NCBI GenBank assembly: GCA_048939015.1
Contig: JBHLPW010000005.1
Location: 41,632-105,631 of the forward strand
DNA from: Promethearchaeota archaeon
Lineage (GTDB): Archaea; Asgardarchaeota; Lokiarchaeia; Sigyniarchaeales; SOKP01
Direction: 5' to 3'
DNA: 64,000 nucleotides
The translations under genes and the position numbers were made by a program. Within the stretch, counting starts at the first letter, position 1, and each line of letters starts with the position of its first letter. Under the pieces are notes generated by a model. It was not told the origin of the DNA. It made no database searches and saw only the letters and a program-made list of their open reading frames with translations. Positions 9,395-18,639 of the stretch are shown here, piece after piece.

Positions 9395-10054
9395 TTATGT
9401 AGATAAAAATTCTATTATTTCTTCCTCAGAAATTTCTCCAATACGTAAAAATTTAATCTCATTAGCAGTACAATCAACAATTGTAGTAGGAACTTTCGAT
9501 TTTGATTTACCTCCATCAATAATAAAATCGATTGGACTCAATATTTTTTTTGTTACTTCTTCTCCACTAATTGAAGGATGTTCTCCAGAATAGTTAGCTG
9601 AAGTTCCTATTATTCCACCAAAATGTCCTTTTGACTTTAATTTTCTTAAAATATGTAAAATTATTTTATTTTCAGGAACTCGTAGACCTATTGTATTTTG
9701 AAATCCTGTTACTTCTGGAGGGATAATATTTGGTTCTTTTTTTTTTAATATTAAAGTTAATTGACCAGGCCAAAATCGTCCTGCAAGTTTTTTAGCAGTT
9801 TCATTGAATTCAGCAATTTTCATAGCTTCTTCACTATCCGAAACTAATAATAATAATCCTTTTGTTCTGTCTCTAAATTTAATCTCATAAATTCTGTTAA
9901 TCACATCTAAATTTTGAGGATCTCCTCCAATTCCATAAACTGAATCGGTAGGAAAAGCAATTACTTTACCTTCGATTATGTTGTCCACTGCAATATCTAG
10001 GTAAAGCTCTATTTCTTCCAATTCCTTCGCTACTAATTTAACTAAAAAACCCAT
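9395..10054 (-). CDS. tsaC: Threonylcarbamoyl-AMP synthase, single-domain TsaC/YrdC type
   Basis: AFPTDSVYG, KxR (IKFR), FWPGQLT, GLRVP, TSANYSG, PTTIVD; no C-terminal SUA5 domain. Confidence 0.93.
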   Translation of the reverse strand: MGFLVKLVAKELEEIELYLDIAVDNIIEGKVIAFPTDSVYGIGGDPQNLDVINRIYEIKFRDRTKGLLLLVSDSEEAMKIAEFNETAKKLAGRFWPGQLTLILKKKEPNIIPPEVTGFQNTIGLRVPENKIILHILRKLKSKGHFGGIIGTSANYSGEHPSISGEEVTKKILSPIDFIIDGGKSKSKVPTTIVDCTANEIKFLRIGEISEEEIIEFLST

Positions 10055-10110
10055 ATAATCTCTTCATGATTTAAAACTATAATTAAAAAAACAGGATATG
10101 AAAATTTAAA

Positions 10111-11052
10111 TTATTTTGGATATTTTTCTTGACAACTTAAATCGGCTTCAAGGCGTTTCCAGGAATGATCGAGGTAATCTTGGAGTTCGATTAAATCTTT
10201 TTCTGAAATATTTGCAAACCTTTTTTGTTTGGATAGATAATCTATTAATGGAGCTCTTTTAGAAGGATCCAATAGTGGCTTACTTGCTTTTGATAATGTC
10301 ATAATTCCGTTTTCTATTTCATAGAGAATCCATGAGCCAGTTTTTACAGCTAATCTAGAAATTTCTATTGTATCTTCAGAATTAAATCCCCATCCAGTGC
10401 AACAGGGTGCCATTATATGAATATATCTACACCCCTTAATCGATTTGGCTTTTTTAAATTTATCATATAAATCAAGTGGTTCGCTAATGGAACAAGTAGC
10501 TACGTAAGGCATATCATGGGCTGCCATTATTGCAGGAAGATTCTTCTTGAAGCGATCTTTTCCCTTTGTTGTTGTAGTTGTCCAAGCACCATGTGGCGTA
10601 CTTGAAGACCTCTGGATACCTGTGTTCATATATGCTTCATTATCATAACAAACATAAATTTGATCAGAATTTCTTTCTGCTGCTCCACTCAAACCTTGAA
10701 TACCAATGTCTGCAGTACCACCATCTCCTGCAAATGTAATTGCAGTCATCTCATCCCATCCTTTACCAGGAAACCTATATGCTTTTGCTTTGAAAGCAGC
10801 AGACATACCTGTCGCCCCTGCAGCACCCGCTGCAAATGCCATATTCGTAAAAGGGAAATTAGGTGCTGTTTTAGGCCATAGTCCTACTACAACATTTAAA
10901 CAGGATGCCGGCGTTACAAGGGCAGTTTTAGGTCCTAATGCTTTCATTGCCCATCTAAGGGCGATTTCTAAACCACATCCTGCACAACAAGAATTTCCTG
11001 GAAGGAAATATTCTTCCTGACAAGATTGTAATGCCTCTTTTAATTTTACCAT
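10111..11052 (-). CDS. porB: 2-oxoacid (pyruvate/ketoisovalerate):ferredoxin oxidoreductase beta subunit
   Basis: CAGCG, TPP motif GDGGTADIG...DNEAYMNTGIQRS, PCCTGW; ATG at 11052 follows GGAGG (ORF track start 11094). Confidence 0.93.
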   Translation of the reverse strand: MVKLKEALQSCQEEYFLPGNSCCAGCGLEIALRWAMKALGPKTALVTPASCLNVVVGLWPKTAPNFPFTNMAFAAGAAGATGMSAAFKAKAYRFPGKGWDEMTAITFAGDGGTADIGIQGLSGAAERNSDQIYVCYDNEAYMNTGIQRSSSTPHGAWTTTTTKGKDRFKKNLPAIMAAHDMPYVATCSISEPLDLYDKFKKAKSIKGCRYIHIMAPCCTGWGFNSEDTIEISRLAVKTGSWILYEIENGIMTLSKASKPLLDPSKRAPLIDYLSKQKRFANISEKDLIELQDYLDHSWKRLEADLSCQEKYPK

Positions 11053-11056
11053 TTTC

Positions 11057-12313
11057 TTATTCGACCTCCAATAATCCATCCCAGAGAGTTCCATATATTA
11101 TATCCTTTGGAAGTTCTCCAGTTTCATTATATTTAACTAGGTTTAATATTTGATTTTTTTGCTGCTCGAGAGTGACTTCTCTTCCACCTAAACCATTAAT
11201 GATAGGTAGAACTGTTGCGGTCCCTTTAGTTTCATGGAGAGCAGCTTTAACTTCACAACTTACGGGTCCTCCAGTTTGACAACCAAATGCAGTGGCTCTA
11301 TCAACTACACCTAATACTTTCACTTTTTTAGCAACTTCTACGATATCCTCAGTTGGAAAAGGTCTGAAATGTCTTAATTTAACCATCCCAACTCTGTATC
11401 CTTTTTCTCGTAAATCATCTATAGCTTGTTCCATTTGCAAAGCTAAATCTCCATAAATAATTACACCTACATCAGCATTATCCATTTTATATTCTTGGAT
11501 TAAACCATTACCATAATTCCTTCCGAAAGTTTTCTCAAATTCTTTGGCTACAGTTTTTATTTTCTCTTTTGCTCTTATAAGAGCATCGTGAATTTTTAAT
11601 CGAAATTCATAATAAAAACTTGAAGGCATGATAAGATTACCAAACATCATTGGTCTTTTAGGGTCCATCCAAATATGTGGCCAACCCTCCTCACTTGGTA
11701 GTGGAGGTAAAAATTTATCTACAAGATCTTGATCTTCAAGGATAACGGGTTTTGATGTATGAGAAAGGATAAAACCACCATATGATACAAATTTAGGTAA
11801 GAGAATATCATGATCTTCACAAACCTTATATGACATTAAAATTTCGTCATATATTTCTTGATGTGCAGAGCAAAAACAACTTATCCAACCTGTATCCCGC
11901 TGACTTATTACATCAGTAAAATCTGCCCAAATATTCCATGGTGGAGCAGGACCTCGAGATGCTATAGCAACAACGATGGGAAGCCTTGCTCCAGCTGCCC
12001 AATGAATCATTTCATGAGCATAAAATATTCCTTGTCCAGAAGTAGCAGTAAAGGTTCTAGTACCTGCTTTACTAGCACCAACTACAGCAGCAAATACACT
12101 ATGTTCTGATTCCATTTTTATATATTGAGTTCCTGGCATTAATCCATTATCTACAAATTCAGATAATTTTTCGACTACAGTAGTTTGTGGAGTTATAGGA
12201 TAAGCACTAATAACCTGCACTCGTGCAGATTTAGCCGCATAAGCAGCAGCTACATTTCCTTTAATAATGATAGTTTCTCTCTTTTGTACAAAATCTTCTT
12301 GAGTCTCAGTCAT
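11057..12313 (-). CDS. porA: 2-oxoacid:ferredoxin oxidoreductase alpha subunit
   Basis: AYPITPQT, MESEHS, TATSGQG, FRPFP, GLGGRE. Confidence 0.95.
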   Translation of the reverse strand: MTETQEDFVQKRETIIIKGNVAAAYAAKSARVQVISAYPITPQTTVVEKLSEFVDNGLMPGTQYIKMESEHSVFAAVVGASKAGTRTFTATSGQGIFYAHEMIHWAAGARLPIVVAIASRGPAPPWNIWADFTDVISQRDTGWISCFCSAHQEIYDEILMSYKVCEDHDILLPKFVSYGGFILSHTSKPVILEDQDLVDKFLPPLPSEEGWPHIWMDPKRPMMFGNLIMPSSFYYEFRLKIHDALIRAKEKIKTVAKEFEKTFGRNYGNGLIQEYKMDNADVGVIIYGDLALQMEQAIDDLREKGYRVGMVKLRHFRPFPTEDIVEVAKKVKVLGVVDRATAFGCQTGGPVSCEVKAALHETKGTATVLPIINGLGGREVTLEQQKNQILNLVKYNETGELPKDIIYGTLWDGLLEVE

Positions 12314-12653
12314 CTTTTATATCACTCTCTCTAATCATTTCTATATTATTTGTTGGACACTCTTTAGCACAGATACCACATCCTTTACAGTATCGCAAAT
12401 CAATTTCAAAACTACCATCTTCTTTTCTTTTAATAACACCCTCTGGGCAATACATCCAACATATTCCACATTTATTACATCCTTCTTTAATAACTGGTCG
12501 AAAAGTTCTCCAATCACCGGTAGTACCAATATTTCCATCAATTGGTAATGAAATCGGAATTGGGGATAATTCTTTCCAATTTTTATATTCCTGAACTTTA
12601 GGGCGTTCTTTTACAGATTTATTAATCTTTTTCCATTTTTCAGTTTCGGACAT
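12306..12653 (-). CDS. porD: 2-oxoacid:ferredoxin oxidoreductase delta subunit (2x[4Fe-4S])
   Basis: TGDWRTFRP, CNKCGICWMYCP, YCKGCGICAKECP. Confidence 0.95.
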   Translation of the reverse strand: MSETEKWKKINKSVKERPKVQEYKNWKELSPIPISLPIDGNIGTTGDWRTFRPVIKEGCNKCGICWMYCPEGVIKRKEDGSFEIDLRYCKGCGICAKECPTNNIEMIRESDIKDD

Positions 12654-12655
12654 TA

Positions 12656-13243
12656 TTACATCTCTCTTACTGATTCATAAGCATCTCTAGCGACGCTCAT
12701 ATTTTTCTCTAACCGGCTTTCACCAAATTCTTTTTTAATTACTTTTTCCATTGTGTCTAGATTATAATACCCAGTAATTTTCCCAAAAGCCCCTAACATA
12801 GGGATATTCAGGATTGGTCCACTTGCATGCATGAAATTCCGCTGAATACATATACCTGTAGCGTCTACAATATATATCTTTACATTATCAGGAAAATCGC
12901 TTTGATCTATTGGATCGGCGCTATTTACTATTAAATTCACACCTTCCTTTATTGAAGCTTTAATTTTCGGTATATCTAATAATGAAGTATCAAACATCAG
13001 TATATAATTTGGATTTACCACACTATCATATGTTTTTATTGCCTTATTTTTGGAAATTTTAGAAAATGCTTGTATTGGCGCCCCTCTACGCTCAGCTCCT
13101 ATTATTGGGATAGCGATGGTATCTTTGAATCCTTCTTCAAATGCCATTTCTGCTAATAATTGACTAGCTGTGATACAGGTTTGACCACCTCTACAATGCA
13201 TAGAGATTTCTACAATTTGTTCATTGTCTGTCAATTTTTTCAA
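12656..13243 (-). CDS. porG: 2-oxoacid:ferredoxin oxidoreductase gamma subunit
   Basis: RGGQ, GAERRGAP, VDAT, NIPMLGA; TTG start; gamma-delta-alpha-beta gene order. Confidence 0.93.
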   Translation of the reverse strand: MKKLTDNEQIVEISMHCRGGQTCITASQLLAEMAFEEGFKDTIAIPIIGAERRGAPIQAFSKISKNKAIKTYDSVVNPNYILMFDTSLLDIPKIKASIKEGVNLIVNSADPIDQSDFPDNVKIYIVDATGICIQRNFMHASGPILNIPMLGAFGKITGYYNLDTMEKVIKKEFGESRLEKNMSVARDAYESVREM

Positions 13244-13362
13244 CTAAATTATCTTAATTTGGTATAATTGCAATATGTCCAATAAAGGCACAATGAATAA
13301 AAGTTCTATTGATTTTACTTATATAACTGTAATTAGAAACAATGGTATAGAATTTATAATAA

Positions 13363-13380
13363 TAATTGTTATAACAATTA
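13363..13380. promoter_or_regulatory. Perfect 18-bp palindrome TAATTGTTATAACAATTA, candidate operator
   Basis: Exact reverse-complement symmetry, located in the divergent intergenic region between the por operon and ZPR1/pfk. Confidence 0.45.
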
Positions 13381-13475
13381 ATTTATTCTGAGAAAACTAT
13401 TAATTTACATTGATTTTGAGAGATATTATAACTTAATCATTTAAATTTAAATTAACTAAGTTTAGGAAATTTATT

Positions 13476-14045
13476 ATGGTGAATGATAAGAGAAACAGTG
13501 AAGTTATATATTCTTTTAAATGTCCATCATGTAAAGAAGGTAAAATTGATATCATCAAGAGTATTTATGATCTTCCTGACGGAGACAAAATGCTCATATT
13601 AAAATTTGAATGTAATACATGCAACTTTCACAAAAATGATATCATCCCTCTCACTACTAATATGGAACCTGGAATTATGACTTTAAAAGTTTTAGATGAG
13701 AATGACCTTAAATCTAAGATTTATCGTTCACCAACAGGTAAATTAGAGATTCCAGAGCTAGATTTAATAGTAGAACCTGGTCCAAGAGCTGATTTTTATT
13801 ATACTAATGTGCAAGGCGTTTTATTTAGATTTGAGAATGCTGTTTCAATTTATAAAAATAATCTTGATGAAAATGATCCAGAAAAAAGTGAAATTGATGA
13901 GCTTATGACTGATTTGAAACAAGCGATAGAAGGTAAATTTAACTTTACTCTACAAATTTCAGATCCACAAGGAGGAAGTTATATTATTCCTCAAGACAAA
14001 TCAAAGTATACTTTTGAAAAAATTGAGATGAATCATTTAGAATAA
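13476..14045 (+). CDS. ZPR1 zinc-finger domain protein
   Basis: CPSC...CNTC, IPELDLIVEPGP, TNVQGVL, DPQGGSYI. Confidence 0.92.
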   Translation: MVNDKRNSEVIYSFKCPSCKEGKIDIIKSIYDLPDGDKMLILKFECNTCNFHKNDIIPLTTNMEPGIMTLKVLDENDLKSKIYRSPTGKLEIPELDLIVEPGPRADFYYTNVQGVLFRFENAVSIYKNNLDENDPEKSEIDELMTDLKQAIEGKFNFTLQISDPQGGSYIIPQDKSKYTFEKIEMNHLE

Positions 14046-14123
14046 ATATAAAATATGATATATACATAATTTCTAATTATAATTATTTTTTTAAACTCTA
14101 CGTAATCAGAAGTGTGAAATAAA

Positions 14124-15287
14124 ATGGGAAATCAAATTAAAAAAGTGGGAATTTTAACTGGAGGAGGCGATTGTCCTGGTTTAAATTCAGTAATCTATGG
14201 AATAATGTTAAAAGCCTATGATGCAGGAATTGAGTGTGTGGGAATACTCAAAGGTTGGAAAGGGTTTCTAGAAAATCAAACAATTTCTCTTGATATTGCA
14301 GAACATGACGACCTGCATACTGTTGGTGGAACTATTTTGTACACAAGTAGAACTAATCCATTTAAAAATGTTGACTCGAAAGAAGAAAAAGCTAAAGAAT
14401 TGAAGAATAAATTTGAAGAGTTAGGAATTGATGCCTTAATAGCAATTGGAGGAGACGACACGCTGGGAGTAGCGAATACTATGTATACTTTAGCTAATGC
14501 TAAAGTAGTAGGTTGCCCTAAAACGATAGATAATGATATAATTGGAACGCATTATACATTTGGATTTTGGAGTGCTGTACAACTAGCCTCAAATACTCTT
14601 GATAATCTTACGACAACTGCGCGTTCACATCAGAGGGTATTTGTTGTAGAAATAATGGGGAGAGATGCTGGTTTTTTAACAATGTATAGCGGGATATCTG
14701 CTGGTGCAGATATAATTTTAATTCCTGAGACTCCATTTGATTTAGAGAAAGATATTGTTGATGTTTTGAAAAATAGAGTGAATGCTGGATATAAATACCA
14801 TATTATTGCTACCTCAGAAGGAGCATATCCTAAATTAGAATCATTAAATAGAGATTTTAAAACTATATCAAAAGACACAATTGATAAATTACCTAAGGAC
14901 ACTTTTGGAAATCCATTATTAACCAAATTAGGTATGTCTAATATTATTGTTGATGAACTAAATTTAAGAGATGATTTAAAAAAAGAATTTCAAAAAAATG
15001 GTATAGATTTTGAGTGTAGAAGTGTAGTTCTTGGGCATACTATGCGTGCTGGGACTCCAAATTCATTTGATAGAATCTTAGGATTAAGATTTGGCTTAGC
15101 TGCAATGAAGCTCATTTTAGATGGAAAGTTCGGCTACATGGTGTCCCTTCAAGGGAATAAAATTAAAACCCTACCTTTATCAGAAGGAGTAGGGAAGAAA
15201 TACCTTACACAAGAAAATGATAAAATGGAACTGCGTGATTTACTTGTAAAAATAAGGTATATGTCTAAAAGACAAGACAATGAATGA
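14124..15287 (+). CDS. pfp: PFK-A family 6-phosphofructokinase, PPi-dependent signature
   Basis: TGGGDCPGLN, GGDDT, PKTIDND, EIMGRDAG, LGHTMRAG. Confidence 0.9.
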   Translation: MGNQIKKVGILTGGGDCPGLNSVIYGIMLKAYDAGIECVGILKGWKGFLENQTISLDIAEHDDLHTVGGTILYTSRTNPFKNVDSKEEKAKELKNKFEELGIDALIAIGGDDTLGVANTMYTLANAKVVGCPKTIDNDIIGTHYTFGFWSAVQLASNTLDNLTTTARSHQRVFVVEIMGRDAGFLTMYSGISAGADIILIPETPFDLEKDIVDVLKNRVNAGYKYHIIATSEGAYPKLESLNRDFKTISKDTIDKLPKDTFGNPLLTKLGMSNIIVDELNLRDDLKKEFQKNGIDFECRSVVLGHTMRAGTPNSFDRILGLRFGLAAMKLILDGKFGYMVSLQGNKIKTLPLSEGVGKKYLTQENDKMELRDLLVKIRYMSKRQDNE

Positions 15288-15540
15288 AATTAGAGGAATT
15301 CTTTTTGCTATAACAAAGGGAAAAGGTACACGTTCGGAAGGACCTGAATATTTCATTAAACCATTGGATGATTATAAACAAAGATGGTCTGAAGTTCTTA
15401 TTAGGAAAAAAACTCATCTTTGGCAAAAAGATCCTGTATTACATAAATTTTTAGATAAAGAAGTATTGATAATTGGAGATATAATTGAGACAAAGAGTAC
15501 AATTTCTGTTGACTATTCAGAAGTCAAAATTTTAGAATGA
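15280..15540 (+). CDS. Small hypothetical protein (beta-rich)
   Basis: 86 aa, overlaps the pfk stop region, GKGTRSEGPEY motif, protein-like composition. Confidence 0.75.
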   Translation: MNEIRGILFAITKGKGTRSEGPEYFIKPLDDYKQRWSEVLIRKKTHLWQKDPVLHKFLDKEVLIIGDIIETKSTISVDYSEVKILE

Positions 15541-15562
15541 TCGTGAAACTCAACTTTCACGA
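15541..15562. terminator. 8-bp perfect hairpin TCGTGAAA-N6-TTTCACGA between convergent genes
   Basis: Inverted repeat immediately after the stop codon at 15540, followed by T-rich sequence. Confidence 0.4.
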
Positions 15563-15657
15563 AGAATTATTTAGTTTTCTAATTTAGTTATCTATATATT
15601 TTCTCTTTCTAATTGATTTTGGTTAGCGTTCCTGTCATTTATTTTGTTTAAAATTGT

Positions 15658-16902
15658 TTAACCATAATGTTTTTCTTGTTCAGCCCTAGCATCCAGAGCA
15701 TCTAATTCAATATCTCGACCAACCCATTTTTCACTTAATATTTCCTTGTAATATTCATGTTGGATTATTAAATTCATAATTTCCGTTGTACCTGTCCATA
15801 TTTCACCTATTCTAGCGTCTCGCAATAAGCGTTCAATAGGATAAACTGTTGTATAACCAATTCCCCCCATGATTTGCATAGAATTATTAATTACTTTCCA
15901 ACATGATTTAGTTGAGAATTTCTTTGCTTCTGAGACTAACCTTCTTTGAAGAGCAGGTGGAGCTCCAGCATCAATACTTTTTGCAGTATTGTATACAATA
16001 GCTCGAGTGGCATCTAATAAGGTAATACTATCTGCTAAAAGAAAACTAACACCTTGAAAATTTCTTATCGTTTGCCCAAAAGCTTTTCTTTTAGTGCTAT
16101 ATTTTGTAGCAATTCTTAAACAAGCTCTAGCAAGACCAATAAACCCTGAAGCTGTAGTTAAACGCTCTGGAACCATCATTTGATAAAAAATCTTTCCACC
16201 AGCACCTTCCTCAAGTATAACATTTTCTTTAGGAACAATAACATTATCAAATTTTATTCTGCCTGCACCACCGCCTCTAGTCCCAAGTATACCATAAAGA
16301 TATTCAACAGACACATTATCAGTTCGATCTACTATTAATAAACTTAAAGATTTATGAGGATCTGCTTCTGACTTTAAATCAGTTTTCGCATAAACTAAAA
16401 AGAAATCAGCACCTTCCGCTCCTACTACAAAACGTTTTTCTCCATTTAAGATATAATGGTCTTCATCTTTTATAGCTGTACATGTAGCTCCAAAGAAATC
16501 AGATCCCCCTCTAGGCTCAGTTAATGCTTCAGCAGTGAATTTTTTCCCTTCACACATTGGTTTAAGATATTTCTTTTTTTGTTCCTCTGTACCAAAGATA
16601 TTTAACGCTTCTCCACATATACTGGGTAGAGAAAATAAACATGCTAGAGAACTCCCCAATACTCCAATTTCTTCTTGAGCAATTATTTCACTTTCCCAAT
16701 TCAATCCTCGTCCACCGTATTCTTTTGGGAATCTTATTCCTATTAGATTTTCTTTAGCTAAAGCATTCAACCATTCAGTAGGATATTGAATTTCATCCCT
16801 ATCCATCTTTTTTAATAATGAAGGAGTAACTGCATTTTTTACAAAAGATCGTACTTCTTCTCTGAACAGTTTGTTTTTTTCACTTAGTAAATAATCATAC
16901 AT
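15658..16902 (-). CDS. Acyl-CoA dehydrogenase
   Basis: [48 protein letters not shown]. Confidence 0.95.
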   Translation of the reverse strand: MYDYLLSEKNKLFREEVRSFVKNAVTPSLLKKMDRDEIQYPTEWLNALAKENLIGIRFPKEYGGRGLNWESEIIAQEEIGVLGSSLACLFSLPSICGEALNIFGTEEQKKKYLKPMCEGKKFTAEALTEPRGGSDFFGATCTAIKDEDHYILNGEKRFVVGAEGADFFLVYAKTDLKSEADPHKSLSLLIVDRTDNVSVEYLYGILGTRGGGAGRIKFDNVIVPKENVILEEGAGGKIFYQMMVPERLTTASGFIGLARACLRIATKYSTKRKAFGQTIRNFQGVSFLLADSITLLDATRAIVYNTAKSIDAGAPPALQRRLVSEAKKFSTKSCWKVINNSMQIMGGIGYTTVYPIERLLRDARIGEIWTGTTEIMNLIIQHEYYKEILSEKWVGRDIELDALDARAEQEKHYG

Positions 16903-17000
16903 TTTTGATACTCTTTTTAAGATATATTGCGATTTAGTAATGATTGATTCAATAAAAATAATAATTTGATCTAATATTTGGATTTAATAATGGGTTTTTC

Positions 17001-17044
17001 AAGTTCAAAGTTCAATCAAAGTTCAAAAATTTAAACTATATATA
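17001..17044 (+). promoter_or_regulatory. Promoter of MFS copy 1: three AAGTTCA direct repeats plus TATA box
   Basis: AAGTTCA at 17001, 17008 and 17019; TATATATA at 17037; the same layout recurs upstream of copy 2. Confidence 0.6.
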
Positions 17045-17165
17045 CCTCTCAACATTATTTTTAACACAGGATAACATTTTTACGGAATATCTTCACGATA
17101 ATTATATTTCTAAAAACTATAACTCTATACTCTTTAAAATCTAAATCTTAATTAGAGGATGTATC

Positions 17166-18437
17166 ATGTTTAAAAAAATTAAAAGCACATATAGGGAATA
17201 TCCTAACGCGTTTAAAGTGCTAATATTAGCCACTTTTATTGATCGCCTAGGAGCTTTCATTTTATTTCCTTTTTATTCTCTGTATATAACCTCGCATTTT
17301 GGAGTGGGTATGATTGAAGTGGGTATCCTATTTTCAATTTTTTCAGCTGGAAATATATTTGGTAGTACAATTGGAGGTGCTTTAGCGGATAAATATGGTC
17401 GTCGTGCTATGATCCTTTTTGGTTTAGTTGTTAGTGGTGTAGGAAGCATCTTTATGGGACTAGTCAATGATTTAACTATTTTTTATATACTCGCTATATT
17501 TTTAGGTTTGGTAGGAAATTTTGGAGGTCCTGCAAGACAAGCTATGGTAGCAGATTTGCTTCCACGGGAAAAGCAAGCAGACGGATATGGCTTTTTAAGA
17601 ATAGCGCTTAATCTTTCAGCAGTGATAGGTCCTATTCTTGGAGGATTTATAGCTACTCAATCTTATTTGTTATTATTTATTCTGGACGCTGTGAGTAGTA
17701 TAATCACTGCTTTTATTGTATATGCGGTTATTCCTGAGACAAAGCCTCAAAAACTTGATGATGAACCAGAAGAATCAGTGGTAAAAACCATGATAGGATA
17801 CAAAGAAGTGTTAAAAGATTGGAAATATATGTTATTTCTTTTAGTATCTGCGATAACAGTTCTGGTTTACATGCAAATGAATAGTACATTATCTGTATTC
17901 TTAAGGGATGTGCATGGGTTCCCAGAACAGGGTTTTGGCTGGTTGTTGAGTATGAATGCAATCATGGTGGTAATATTTCAATTTGGGATTACTAGGATGA
18001 TTTCTAAATATGCTCCAATGAAGGTAATGGCTTTTGGAAGTGTATTTCTTTTAGTTGGCTTTGGCATGTATGGTTTTATTTCAGAAGTTTACATGTTTTT
18101 TATTGCTATGGCGATAATCACAATAGGTGAAATGATTGTTTTTCCTGTTGGGCAAGTTGCTGCAGCATCATTTGCTCCTGAAGATAAAAGAGGACGATAT
18201 ATGGCGGTGTATGGTTTTCAATGGGCGATTCCAAATCTATTTGGGATTTTATTAATGGGAATAGTCATGGAAAACATTGGACCATTATGGGTATGGTATA
18301 TAGCAGCATTTTTATCTTTGATTTCAGTATTAGGCTTTTGGCTACTTAATGGAGTTACCAAGAAACGTTTTTCAAAAGAGGAAAAACCTTTGGAAGAAGA
18401 ATTGATAGAGTATAGCATCTCTTCAGTCGAAAAATAA
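17166..18437 (+). CDS. MFS transporter (MdtH-like), copy 1
   Basis: Motif A GGALADKYGRR, about 12 TM segments, EDKRGRYMA. Confidence 0.93.
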   Translation: MFKKIKSTYREYPNAFKVLILATFIDRLGAFILFPFYSLYITSHFGVGMIEVGILFSIFSAGNIFGSTIGGALADKYGRRAMILFGLVVSGVGSIFMGLVNDLTIFYILAIFLGLVGNFGGPARQAMVADLLPREKQADGYGFLRIALNLSAVIGPILGGFIATQSYLLLFILDAVSSIITAFIVYAVIPETKPQKLDDEPEESVVKTMIGYKEVLKDWKYMLFLLVSAITVLVYMQMNSTLSVFLRDVHGFPEQGFGWLLSMNAIMVVIFQFGITRMISKYAPMKVMAFGSVFLLVGFGMYGFISEVYMFFIAMAIITIGEMIVFPVGQVAAASFAPEDKRGRYMAVYGFQWAIPNLFGILLMGIVMENIGPLWVWYIAAFLSLISVLGFWLLNGVTKKRFSKEEKPLEEELIEYSISSVEK

Positions 18438-18474
18438 TCTACTCTTAGGAAAATTATTTAAAATTAATATTATG

Positions 18475-18518
18475 AAGTTCATAGTTCATTTAAAGTTCAA
18501 TAAATTAAACTATATATA
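18475..18518 (+). promoter_or_regulatory. Promoter of MFS copy 2: three (A/T)AGTTCA repeats plus TATA box
   Basis: Repeats at 18475, 18482 and 18493 and TATA at 18511, the same offsets (0, +7, +18, +36) as copy 1. Confidence 0.6.
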
Positions 18519-18639
18519 CCTATAATTATTATTTTAAAATACTGTATAGCTTATTTATGGAATATTTAAAATATTTTATATTTCTAAAAACTATACCTCT
18601 ATACTCTTTTAAATTCAAATCTTAATAAGAGGATATATC

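Noticed and set aside
15536-15566. ATGA-stem-loop-GA at the TGA stop of the 86-aa gene as a eukaryote-like SECIS or Sec readthrough signal
   Set aside because: The stem is only 8 bp, the GA quartet is out of register, a second in-frame TGA follows two codons later, and no selenoprotein candidate is present in the window
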